DNA of 64,000 nt from the NCBI RefSeq assembly GCF_001949145.1, contig NW_019091355.1:1390135-1454134 (forward strand), given 5' to 3'. This DNA comes from Acanthaster planci. Taxonomy: Eukaryota. The notes beneath the pieces are model-generated. The model ran no database searches. It was not told the DNA's origin and saw nothing but the letters and a program-made list of their open reading frames with translations. This document shows, in pieces, positions 28,641 through 40,733 of the stretch. A program made the translations under genes and the position numbers. How positions within the stretch are numbered: position 1 is the stretch's first letter; each line of letters opens with the position of its first letter.

Positions 28641-31600
28641 CCCGTGACTGATGAGCAAACTGGCGAACAAAACGGCGGACAAGTTGCCAATCCGAACCAA
28701 GGAACGACAGATAATGAGACAGCCTCACCTTCGAAACCTGGAGAAAGTATATTCGCTTCAAAGGGCAAAGATGATCCTGCGTAAGTTCTTATTTCGGTCA
28801 CAAAATAGGCAGACCAAAACGGTGGCTCGGAAATGATCACGTCACGTCATACACAATTCCTGACAATGCATGAGGGTACCGCGTGCAAACTCGGCGGCCA
28901 TGTGTTGTTGGTCCATTTCCAAGTGAACTCAATCTGTATTGGAAATTACATGTAGCGACCTAAATGTTGCCAGATAGTTGTTTGGAGGGTGGATAAAAAA
29001 TGCTAGAAGATTTTACAATCGTGACGCCATTATTTGCCGCGACAGTGTTCCTCGTTTACAATAACCCCCCCCCAAAAAAAACTGACAAAAAAACTAACTG
29101 ATCAGTAATTTTCCTTGCACAAACTACATGTTGTATCACGTTCAAAAAGTGCTGCATAATATTAATTTTCGGCCACTCATTTTATGCTTGTTAACAAAAG
29201 TCTGCAGTTTTGTTCTTATGTGTGGAATTTTCTGTTTCACTTTTTGCAGATTTGCAATAGGCCTATTAGGTTTATTCATGGTTTCATTCTCTTTTCCATT
29301 TTCCACAGGAAAATTTTTGTTGGGGGTTTAAACAATTGCACCACAAATGGTAAGCAACTCTTCTGTAAATGATAAGTGAACTGAATGCCACATTGTCCAA
29401 CAGTGTTTAAAAGCTGTTGTGTGCATGTTCAACGTACATTATTTGAATTGTTGCATGCAGTTGCAGCAGTCCAATACAGCTTGAGGTAACAAACTTCCCT
29501 GTTGACTTGCCTGGTAAACCAAAACATTATGGGTTCAGTTAATTATGTACATGACATGTTAGAAGCACATGTGCATGCCTAGGTAGGGTAAACTTGTGCA
29601 CTTGATGACAAACTATCGCTTGAAATCTTCCACATTGTGTGTACGTCCGTGTCACTCTATTTTGGTTTTGATTTGCAGACAGTCTCCATTGCTACTTCTC
29701 CCAGTTTGGAGAGGTTGTGGACGTCAACGTGAAGTACACACAGGAGCGAATGGGTAATCTTAGGGACCCAAATGAGCAGAATGTGAGGTCCAGGGGCTTC
29801 GGCTTTGTGCTTTTCAAGAGTCCCGAAGTTGCCAAATTGGTGGGTTGAATTATTTTCAGTAGGACTAAATTTGTAGCAACCTACAGTCAACCTGCAGTCA
29901 TCAGAAAAAGTATACTTTCTCTGACTGAATCGTGGTCTGCAATTTCTGTTGTTCAGGAAAAAAAAATTGGCAAATCTTTAGTTGTTTATTGTACGTTGAG
30001 ATGAAAGATGCAGCATTCCTTTGAACACATCGTTTAAGGACTCACCATTTTATGTTTTTGTGGACGATCCAATTTTGTAGGATGAATTTTTTTTCATGTG
30101 GATGAGAGTTTTGTTCTTCTGCACATTGCCACATTTGCGTCAGTGTGCGTTGGTTGCAGCTCATAATGCATATGACAAAAGTGGCTTGTCTGGACAGGAA
30201 GTCCAACATTGCCATGAATAAATTCACTACCTTTCTTCCCCTGGCTTGAGATAGTGGAGAGATTTCCATGAGATGTTTACTGTTGTCACGCAGGTGTTGG
30301 CTAAGGAACACGTGGTGGACGACAAAAAAATTGAGGTGAAGAAAGCAATCCGGCAGGGCCAGCCACGATCTAAGAAGCTCTTTGTGGGCGGCATCGCAAA
30401 CTTCATATCAGAGGAAATCCTGAATGCCTACTTTTCTGCATTTGGCTCGGTGAGTGAGAAATTCTCATACCCTTCATGTTTGGCTGCCAAAATCTGCATG
30501 GAGCTGTTCAAAATGTTGGCTATTATATCAAAACTTGAGAATTCGTCAATGAGTTCACAAAGGGACTGGCAAGTGGATCTTGAAGAATTACATGTAATTG
30601 TTCTTTCTCAATCACACGAGAAGCTGCTCCTGTTTTAAAAGCTTAACCCTCCTTTGGTTTTACAGCACAAATATGCACAAGTGCCCACAGTCACTCTCTT
30701 GCATGTGTTTTCTATATGGATCTCAAACATGCACAGGTTGTGTGTACACAATTGGTTGCCAGCACAAAATGACCCAGGGTCTTTTGTGCAGTCCTCTCCT
30801 CAGCATTNNNNNNNNNNNNNNNNNNNNNNNNNNNNNNNNNNNNNNNNNNNNNNNNNNNNNNNNNNNNNNNNNNNNNNNNNNNNNNNNNNNNNNNNNNNNN
30901 NNNNNNNNNNNNNNNNNNNNNNNNNNNNNNNNNNNNNNNNNNNNNNNNNNNNNNNNNNNNNNNNNNNNNNNNNNNNNNNNNNNNNNNNNNNNNNNNNNNN
31001 NNNNNNNNNNNNNNNNNNNNNNNNNNNNNNNNNNNNNNNNNNNNNNNNNNNNNNNNNNNNNNNNNNNNNNNNNNNNNNNNNNNNNNNNNNNNNNNNNNNN
31101 NNNNNNNNNNNNNNNNNNNNNNNNNNNNNNNNNNNNNNNNNNNNNNNNNNNNNNNNNNNNNNNNNNNNNNNNNNNNNNNNNNNATTTCTACCTCCATGGT
31201 CGATCCCAGCAAATTCACTCTCAATTATTATCCTCACGGGCTGCAAATTTGATAATTGATCATGTGCCCCTAAGGACAAAGCAAGGACTGCAAACCACTT
31301 GCATATCACATCACGACACAACAGTGCAGTGTGTACATGTACATGAAACAGCTACGGTACAGAAAGCATACATTCATCCACACACATGCATTGGTTAAGT
31401 GTGTTCTATATAGTCTGGATACCAGACCCGATGATTCGGACTAGCCGACGAATTATTGTCAAGGGTTATCAAGGAATCTTTGGGCAGGGAACCAGACTAC
31501 GTTCAACAAGGCGACCCCTAAAATGGACAGAGCGCATGCGTGTAGCACTAGAGGGGTTACTGATATTGATGTACTCATGCTGGCTGCGCTTGCACAGGAC

Positions 31601-34600
31601 TTGTCACTTAACACTTCTTGGCAACCGAGGCGAAGGAAACTGTTGCCGAAGCACGGTTTTTTAATGCTGACTTACACAGAAGAATTTTTGTGGAAAAGAG
31701 ACCGAGAAAAAGGTTCCCACTTATATGAAAGGACGACCTATAAATGCTGATTTAAAAAATGAAATTTTCAATGGAAATGCATTACAGACGATGGGGCCTT
31801 TTCTCAAACGGCTCATTTGGACAGGTTACGCGATGTCGACTTAGTCAGAGTTATCTGTAGTGGGAAAAATGAAACCAATGAGGAGTTGGAACCTTGCTGT
31901 ATCATTTAACGGAGATGATCAGATTTTCACTCCCCTTGTTTGCCTGTAGATCATAGACATAAAGATCCTCGTCAACCATGTGACCCAGAAACGCCGTGGC
32001 TTCGCCTTCATTCAGTTTGAGGACGAGTCGACAGTAGATACAATTGCAGAGGTCAAATACCACGACCTGTCCAACGGCACGGAGAAATGTCGAGTGGAGG
32101 TCAAGCCCGTGTTGCCGCAGACAGACAAGTTCAGAGACGGCGGCTACCGTGATAGAGGCGGATTCCGAGGAAATGGCAGACGGGGCGGATGTGAGTAGGA
32201 AAAAAACTAAGCCGTTTATAGGTAGAATCGCCATTATGCAATCTGTGAACCAGTGAAGCATGTCCCGATGAAGTCTCGGCCCTGTGACTAGTGAGTTCAT
32301 TGTCACTAGCTTTTTAACCACTTGCTGCTGAGTGGTTTGAAAAATGCAGTGTACATAATCGGGTTTTTTCAAGATTTTCAGTTTTCAAAATTCTTCAAAA
32401 ATTCATTTCAATTTATGGACGTTTATACCCACACAAATTACTGTCTGGTGGCCTCTCTAATCTGATAGACAAAATCTATATTTCAGCCAGGCCTGCAGCC
32501 TTGTAAAAAGAGCCCAGATTGTGCAATGTTATGTAATTTTCCTTTGTTCATGACCTGGCACAGTGCGCTGCTGACCTCTTTTCAATAGGGGCCAGATTAG
32601 CGTGCAGCGGTGCTGTGTGACTAATCGCTGCGATGGTGGAGCGCTTTTGTTCCCTGTGGAAATCCGGTCACACTAAATCCCCCAAACCATGGTATCCTGT
32701 TTCAAAACAAGGCTGGATTATCTCCACTATTGAAAGTGAACAAATGTCGGTAATGCCCAGCAGCCTGGTCTTTTATTCCAAGTACGGTTTAGGCCCAGTT
32801 CCCTTTGTCCGATTTCGGAGACCCCGGCCACGCTTATAAACACAAGGTGCTCGAAACCGGGCGACCCGGCAGGAAGTGGTTACTGAACTCATTCTTTCAG
32901 GCTGGACTTATTGTGAAGTGTGAACCTGTAGAGTAGCCATTCCTCAATGGAATCTGAAACAATTCCAAGATATTATGAATCATCTAAGCCTTTCTACAAT
33001 TTTGTTAACAAACATCAGTTTGTTACGTTAGCATAACTACGTATCGGGGTGGCATGGGCCCCATCACTGGAGGGCAGGTCCCCCCCAAAAAATTATTAAC
33101 CCTAACCCCGTAGGGCCTATGTAAAATCATTTTGAAACTGGAGGATTTGGGACTGTTGGGGTTAAAAGAAAGAAACAACTGGTGGTAGTCTTCCTTGGTA
33201 AGAATATTTTATACTATTGCTGAACCTATAGACTGCCCTCTTCAGAAGATGAGGGTCTCCAACGGCCCCCTCCCAAAGGTACCCCAGTTATGCCAATGGA
33301 ACATCATTCTACGAAGAATTTTGAATAAGATGCTATTGCTCTGATTGGTTGTTTAGACGGGGGAGGTGGTGGTTACGGTCCCCACCAGGGCTACCAAGGG
33401 GGCGGGCATTACAACCAGATGGGCAGCTACAACCAAGGTGGGCGGGGCGGCTATAACCAGGGAGGCTACCAAGATGGTAGCAGTTATTACCAAGGCGGGT
33501 ACGACCAGTCTGGCTACAACCAACAGCAGTATGACCAACACTATCAGGTGAGTCTGGTATCCTTCCCTCAACACTCTCCAGTACTTGTCACCATGTACGC
33601 TTATCACTGTCGTGGGCACAATGGATCGGTGTTTATCGTCAAGCCACATTGGCAGGATTTTATCTTAAAATTCATCTTTGTTTCTTGCATTAAATGTTCC
33701 TGTTTATTGCAGCTTCAGGTTATGAAGCTTATATTTAAATTTCTCATTGTAAGCTTGTGAAAGTTGTCCAACAAGCCCTTAACAGCAAGGTACAGAGCGC
33801 TTTTGGCAATACATCTGTGCAGGGCACAACCAAGTGTTACAGAATTCCTCCTTTCTAAGAAAAAATCCATCCAAAGTTATGTTAAATGTAAGTGGATTTG
33901 TTCTTCACACATTTTTTTGCAATATCTTGTTCTCTCTTTTTTCCTTTCAGAACTACCAGGGATACGAGTACAGCTACAATCAGGGCTATGGGCAGGGCCA
34001 GGGTGGCCAATACGCCAATGGGTCTGGGTACCAGGGCGGGTACCAGACCGGATATGACACCAGCAATTATGGGGGTGGACAACAGCAGTATAACTATGGC
34101 TCAAACTATGGACAAGGTTGGATTGATCAAATACGTTATATATTGTGAACAGGCAGGACATAACTAGACTAAAATTGTGGACTCTAATTAGCCCTAACCC
34201 TCCTGAATCCTCCAAAATCCTTCGGGTGGTTTTGGAGGATTTTGGAGGATTGAGGGTGAATGGCAAAAGTGCATGGCTGATTTCGAAAGATGCCATCTGT
34301 GAAGGTCGTGGATAAGACCTTGTGTTGTTTTGGCATAGTGAAGCACAAATTCAGCCCAATATTTCTTTCGTATCAACTGCACAGCTCAAGAATGCCCTTC
34401 GCACTGCCTCAACATAATGACAGGAATTGCCAGAGGATTTTGAAGGATTCAGGCAGTAGGCACACCTCCAAATAACATTGTCAAGAAAATTTGGAGGATT
34501 GAGGATGGTTCCTAGTTAAAAGGCCTAGGGGGTTAGGGTTCATGAGCAGGAGAGACCCAAAACTATTTCCAATCTAACACCATACGGTATTTCATCAATG

Positions 34601-35702
34601 TATGACTCTATGAGAAGAACTGTCTTGTACCCAAAGTCTGTTTCTGTACTTCCTTCTATAGTCGTCTCACCAGACTACCCAATAAGCTACTTAAACACAA
34701 ACTAAGACCTGCATCAGTTGAGTCTCAGGCATCAAATCATCACCATTTTCACGAAGGGGCAAATTTCCAACCGGAAAATAAAACCTGGGTTTTGAGAAAA
34801 TCGCTTTTGAAGTTGGTCGCTTTTTCAAATGCTCATTTCTTCAGCATTTAGTATGCCTTTGACTTCACCAGTGCTACTTCATGAAAGAGGGGATCTTAAA
34901 AAGACACATGAACTACCAAATAATATTGATCAGAGTCAAGTTAACATGTTAATTTTGTAAACAAACAATTTGCCTCTTCTTGAAAATGCTAAAATTCATG
35001 TGACTTGTTTGTTCACGAAAACAGATGCTATGCGCTATAGGGCATGCCGAGTGCAAAATTGTTACATTTGTATACATATCCGGTGTTAAATTCACCCCTT
35101 CGTGGAAATGGCAAACAAGTTTGCCCATGTTTTTGCCCTTTATTGGTAACATTTTATCTGTGGAAGATAAATTCGCCTCTTTGTGAAAATGCAATGTGGT
35201 ATCAATGAAATATGCTCAGGTAAATCATTTTGATTTGGCTGATTTTAGCAAATTTGGTAAAATGATTACACCAAGTTGTAGGCATTGCATAGCGTAGTTA
35301 ATTTTGCCAAAAAACAGAAATTTGGAAAAAAAATCACAATTTGGGGCCGAAGTGTCTCTTCGTAAAAACAGTGATGAAATTTCCAGTCACTTGGCTTCAG
35401 TTGCAAAAGTTTGATAGAAAGTCTCCTTTGAAAAGAAGTTAAGACCTCTAACTTGGCTAGTGAAACACCGAGGACCTTGTTTTTGCCTCGGGGAAGTACC
35501 GAAGTTTTTCATCGCCGAAAGAGTATACATGTAGGAAGTTGCAAGATAGACTAATATGCACCGTGTCTCCACCAGAGGTCCCCATCGTGGCTATGACTAC
35601 ATGTACTTTTTTGTGTGTCTTTGCTTTGTGCGTTCAGAAGCGTCGGGCTACGGTAAGGCCCCAACGGGTGGCTACCAGCACAGTGCCAACCAACCATACT
35701 GA
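28632..35702 (+). CDS. hnRNP A/B/D (AUF1/squid)-like RNA-binding protein: 2 RRMs, G/Y/Q-rich low-complexity tail, C-terminal PY-NLS; 8 coding exons, 389 aa
   Basis: Exons 28632-28780, 29309-29349, 29679-29839, 30294-30449, 31950-32190, 33357-33547, 33951-34116, 35638-35702 are all GT-AG and phase-consistent (1170 nt). RRM1 has RNP2 KIFVGGL and RNP1 RGFGFVLF; RRM2 has KLFVGGI and RGFAFIQF. These are followed by RGG and GY/Q repeats. The end, YGKAPTGGYQHSANQPY*, resembles the YGK...HQ..Y.PY end of hnRNP AB/D. The exact paralogue cannot be assigned by eye. Confidence 0.92.
30808..31183. other. Assembly gap (376 N) in hnRNP intron 4
   Basis: Run of N. The flanking exons join in frame and RRM2 is complete, so no constitutive coding exon needs to lie in the gap. 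Confidence 0.99.
31411..31499. mobile_element. Short MITE-like element with TAGTCTGG...CCAGACTA termini
   Basis: Terminal inverted repeat TAGTCTGGATACC / GGAACCAGACTA. Confidence 0.45.
34187..34540. mobile_element. Inverted-repeat element with CCCTAACCCTCCTGAATCCTCC / GGAGGATT...GGTTAGGGTT ends
   Basis: Repeated AATCCTCC and GGAGGATT units in opposite orientation. Same family as 35882-35942. Confidence 0.55.
34738..35376. mobile_element. Non-autonomous DNA transposon (MITE) in hnRNP intron 7
   Basis: Imperfect TIRs CATCACCATTTTCACGAAGGGGCA ... TGTCTCTTCGTAAAAACAGTGATG, flanked on both sides by AAAT (possible 4-bp TSD). Confidence 0.6.
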
Positions 35703-35730
35703 CGCAGTTGGGGTACCAGACATAACAAAG

Positions 35731-36299
35731 GTTTGATATGTCTCTCTTTTTTTGCCAGTTCGGACACTTGTTGATTGACACATTTTGTGAAGATGCCTGT
35801 ACTCGTTGTATGGTCCACTATGAAGTAAATAATAATGATACGCTGTGTCAGTGTGAAAGTCTGGAGTACCTGAAAGAGACCTTTAACCCTAACCCTCCTG
35901 AATCCTTCACCTGTTGGAGGATTGAGGAGGGTTAGGGTTAAATGCGGAGAAACAACATTTTTACATATTTTGGAGGTTTGGGGTTTTATTGTTGGTGAAA
36001 GAGCTTTCTTTGAATCCTCCTATGCTCATTTGGAGAAAAAAGTTGTCTTTCAGTCAAAATGAGTTTTTAACAGTTTGGAATCGCCTGCCTACATAAAGCG
36101 GAATTCACCAGCTGTGACCACAGAAATGCTGCACTTCGCCAGCTTTTGTTCGTTGACTGAATATGATTGGTCACAGTACCAACCAGAGAAATTATGGCCT
36201 GTGTATAAAATGGGGAGTAAATATAATTGTTGACTTTCTGGCACTGTTACAGTTCAAGCTAGGTTAATTCTTGGATTTCTTATTGCTGATTTCTTTCAG
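35731..36299 (+). other. Probable 3'UTR intron of the hnRNP gene
   Basis: Donor AAG|GTTTGA lies 28 nt after the TGA. Acceptor TGCTGATTTCTTTCAG| ends at 36299. AATAAA signals occur at ~37266 and ~38443. Confidence 0.55.
35882..35942. repeat. 61-nt near-perfect palindrome (internally deleted MITE)
   Basis: TTTAACCCTAACCCTCCTGAATCCTTCA-CCTGT-TGGAGGATTGAGGAGGGTTAGGGTTAAA: 28-bp stem with one mismatch and one G-U pair. Confidence 0.85.
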
Positions 36300-39200
36300 A
36301 TACATATTTTTGATCTGTTCAAAGAAGATTCTTGGTCCCTGAAATTCAATGATGGTGATAGTTGCTACAGTGATTATGGTGATAAAAAAACACGGAACCC
36401 CGTCACAGAACCTGACCATGTCCCCTTTAAAACACTTGGGCAGTTAGCCTGTCTCCACTGAGTTGACCCCTCAAGACCCAGAGGAAGAGAATTTCCTTTG
36501 GATCTTGTCGATTTTGACCAGTGAGGGCATCATATACATGTACTTTGGGTTGATTTTAGCTTCTGTTGCATTCAGTAGGTTACAGCACTTTGTTTTCGTT
36601 GGATTCAGCAGACTTCACTCGTGTTGAATTTGGGTTGGTTGCAAACTCTGCTCCCGAATTCAGGGGACTTTCATTTTGCTGTCTGTGAATTTCATGGGAT
36701 TCAACAGACCTCTAGCCTTTCTTTTGTAGTTCAGTGCCCGTTGAAGTCAGCGGGCTTTGCAGCTTTTTCAGCTCTAGGATTCTGTTTGATACAGCTATGT
36801 TCCTGGGGGGATGAAGTTAGTAAGAGATATGGTTCTTTATTTTGGAATACTTGGCATAAGACTGAGAAAATTGTCATGCAGGGCTTTCACCGGTGGGCAT
36901 GTATAATAGTACAGTACCAAGCCATATGTAAATGCATGCGTTGGTATTGGAAAAGATGAGTTAACAAAATTTGGGGAAACTTCAGGATGAAAATAGTTTG
37001 AACGGAAGAAGAGATTCGTTGACTTGCCCTAATTTAGAAAAAAAAAAGAGTCTTGCACTGGATGATTAGGCTGGCCACGTGGAATCCAGCGCTTGGTCTG
37101 TGAAATTGTGGTTACTCTAAATGTTTCAAAACCCTAGAAATGAACAGGGACAAAGGATGTTAAATATCAAGTTTGAAAATGCTAACCCGTACCTATTTGC
37201 TGGATTTCAGATCTGAAATTTGGTGATAGTTTGTGACAACCAATAGGTCGAGAGAAAAGTGTTGAATAAATATGAATAGCACGTTGAAGTTTACTCACAC
37301 TAGAGGGGAAATACACTCAACATTACATAAATGTACAGCAACAGTGTTATTCTTAAACCTTGGAGTGGATTTCAAAAACGGCCTTGAGGGAGTGAGGCAG
37401 CCTCCATTCCGTGCGTTACAACTTTCAGGATTGAAATACTCAGCGGTCAGCGTAACTTTGCTTTTCTATCCGATACATAAGTTGTCCCGAGACAAGCGAA
37501 GGTACAATATGTTGCAGCGACCTTTGACTTGAATGGACTGTTTGGGAAAGCGCACGAATCTTTGCGAATGAGAAGTGTATTTAGATGTCGTCAATTTGTG
37601 TTTTAGATATTTTAGTGTGTCCCACAAAAGGTAAAAACCCTTGCGGTTGGCTGTTAGAGTCACCGTTTGGCGAAACACAACCAAAAAGACAAACAAAAGA
37701 GACCATAATTAGTTGACCTTCAGTGACGTGTGTAAAAGTTTCCATTTAATTTGGTTTTGATTGCCTGAACTATTTTTAAAAGCTGAAAACGAGTTCTGAT
37801 GTATGTATTGTGTAGCCGCTAGGATGTTAGGGATTGACTCGAGACTATGGCAACGTGTTGGTCATCGGAACAAGAACTGTTGTCCGGAACAACTTGAAAG
37901 GCCGATGCTTCTCCCGATCCTATTGAAGCTAGACGGACTTTATAACTTCGCACCAACAGCTTTGGGAAAAAAATCCACTTGCCCCACTCTCTTTCGAACC
38001 GAGTGGGATGTGATTGGTCAAGCGAAGTGACGTATAATACTCTGCATGGAGGGGGCGGGTCCTTGCAGACTCAACTTGTTCACCCATTTTGCCCATAATA
38101 TGTTGCAGATGTATTGTAGGTTTTTTTTTGGGGGGGGGTTGTGTGTGTGTGTGTTTTGGGGGTTTCTTTTTGGCGTCCAAGCCTTAAAATGTGGTTTCTT
38201 TGTTCTTGCTTCAGTCATCAAGACGAACTATCTTTCACCAAAAGAGTGATTCGTGACCAACCCTTTCGCTAACCTACACGTACAACGTGATTAAACGCAA
38301 AGGACTGACTGCCTAGGAGGAAACGTGTCCTTTTACTAGTATGAACTATGTGATCTCCATTGTAGATGTTTTAAGTGATGTTAGTGTTCTTTGATGTCTC
38401 CTTTGTTGATTTTTTAAAACGATTATAAATGGTTCAAGGGTTAATAAAATGAGCATTCCTTATGCAGTTAAAGTTGCCAAAGGTTTTTTAATCTAACTTA
38501 TTTATGTGAGCTTGTAAAGGTGTTCTTATGCCATGTATAAAAATGGTTTAATACGCACATGCGTTTCGAAGCAACTTTTCTTAAGACAATCTTATTTAAA
38601 GTGCACTGCCACTGAAAAGTCACATGAACAGCTGCAATTTTTGAACAAGAAGTCTTCTTTTAAAGAAAAGTTAGTTTTTTCTTTTAAGAGGAGTCTTATT
38701 TAAAATTAAAACTTTGGCCAATTAAAGTGCCTTATTTTAAAACTACCAGGTGATTTTAGTACATGTAAATGCGAAACCTGGTGCTTTTTTGTCGATAATT
38801 GGCGACGTTTATATTGTATACTTGTGGAAACTTTCATGGAATATCTCCCTTTTTTTACAAGAAAAGTTGGAAAAAGATCTGATTGGCTGTTGCATTGTTG
38901 TGACTTGTTAATCTGTAGGCCCATGTTGGTTGTTTTGAGGGAAGTTACTGCGCAGTATGGAAGTTTGAAAGCAGCGCGGCGTTTGCTGTTTTGGCGCAAT
39001 CTATTGAATATCTGTTTACGACCTTGCTCTTGCTTATTTATTTCGGGAACGTGCTGAGAAAGCACCGACCCACCACGCCCTATGCGGTCCGGTAAGTCCA
39101 GCACAGCCCTGCAGGTAACCCGTAAACGGAATTGGCTGTGGTTGGTACCTGTGGAAGTGTATTTAAGACATGGTAAGAGAAAAGTTTAATTCGTACGTTC

Positions 39201-39717
39201 GGATCAGTGCTGTAGTCAAGACCATCAGAAGACCAGTCACAAGTAACAGGTTGTACAATGACAAAGGAATGCTTTGGTTGCATGTATAAGCTTATACATG
39301 TAGTTACATTTTCTGCCTTTTGTTTTGGTTTGTGACGACCGAATGGTACCACCCAGCATGAGGTTTGTAACCAGAATCCTATACGTGTATATACATACAT
39401 GTACCAGGACACTAATCTCATTTGTTCATTAATTTTGATCAATAGCAAGACTCCTCACTCAGAATACGAGAGTGTCACTCCAAACTCGGACTTCGTAGAA
39501 GACAAAAAAGTGCATTGTCACCATTGAAAATCGTTTATTTCTATTTGGCATTTGAAATAAGCCCTTCAAAACCTCCCCTTAAGTTCTAAAATGAAAGTTG
39601 GAAGTATAGTGCGACAGCATCACACGTCGTCGTCTTGCATGCGGCAAGACACCCAGGATATAGAGATGGATATACAATTATACCAACATCGAGATCGGCG
39701 AGGCGGGAGATTCAGAT

Positions 39718-39805
39718 GTCTCCATGGCAACGGGATGCCATCAATAAACGTGTACGTTTAATTAGAGTCAGCTGGTGAAAGAAGCCCCGACGTTGCTATG
39801 GTAAT
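39718..39805. promoter_or_regulatory. Two RFX X-box motifs upstream of the tetraspanin
   Basis: GTCTCCATGGCAAC (39718-39731) and GTTGCTATGGTAAT (39792-39805) resemble the GTNNCCATGGNAAC X-box palindrome. Confidence 0.55.
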
Positions 39806-40639
39806 AATGAAATCGTGACGGTGGCAGACATTCTTCGCAAACAATGGCCAACCAATGTTCATGATACGCGTATGTTCAGAGTATAGGCCTTCAATAATCC
39901 ATGGGAACGTTGCTTAATTAAACTGAGACCTAGAAATGATAGCGCCGAGGCCACGGCAGAGATAGCATTCAGGGAAAATCATTAAAAAGAACCGAATAAG
40001 GTAGAAAAATTATGTATCTTTTCCCCCTGAAATTTCTGTGAACCCTGAATGAAATCGTAGCCAAGAGATTTTTTACAGTCCGTGAAAATATACTTCGCTC
40101 TGTGTTTTCGAACTTGTGTGTTTGCGTGATATTTGGCTGGCTGGTATTACTAGTTAATGTCTATCTCAGCCCAGCGAATTAACCGAATATGCGGTGGGTG
40201 TCGTATCCACGACTACCAACCAGCGCAGGAATACATTACCAGCAGAACCCAGCCAATTCAAACTACACTGTAAAACCGCTCAGGCTTTCCCATCGAGAAT
40301 GTAATGCCGCCGGTTGCTCACAACACATGGGTTAACCATTAACTAGTATGCACTGGGGTATATTAATATGGGTGTACTTTGACCGCTGTGTTTGCTGAGA
40401 CCGAACCCAGGCAGTGCTTAAAAATATGGATTACAACCATTTGTGTCATCAAATACGACATGTCAATTCATGCTAAGTGGAGATATCGGGGAGTCACACT
40501 GCGTGACGTGCAGCATGTGTGTATATCACGAGATTGCATGATGATACGACCAGGTCGACCTCGGAATCCGGTTCACTTGAAAACGCTGCGCCCGTGCGGT
40601 TTTTCCTGCTCAAACATCATTCACACTCGCGTTGTTGAC

Positions 40640-40733
40640 AGCTGGAGTCACTTCCCTGGTTTCTAGTCTTCCATTGGAGTAAAGTAATTCAGACAAGGAA
40701 TTCCCCCGTTGATACAACACAAGCCAGACCAAG
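40640..40733 (+). other. Candidate non-coding first exon of the tetraspanin
   Basis: Strong donor AAG|GTAGGT at 40733/40734. The ATG-containing exon has an acceptor (AAACAG| at 44621), implying an upstream exon. The 5' boundary is approximate. Confidence 0.35.

Noticed and set aside
30102..30222. Hairpin-hinge-hairpin in hnRNP intron 3 resembling an H/ACA snoRNA
   Set aside because: The second hairpin is too short, H-box spacing is wrong and there is no proper terminal ACA. An Infernal/Rfam search would be needed to revive it.
30598..31398. Long ORFs in the track
   Set aside because: Artefacts of translating through the N gap.
33098..35942. TAACCC/GGGTTA telomere-like hexamers
   Set aside because: Only two units at a time and mostly part of MITE termini; not interstitial telomere arrays.
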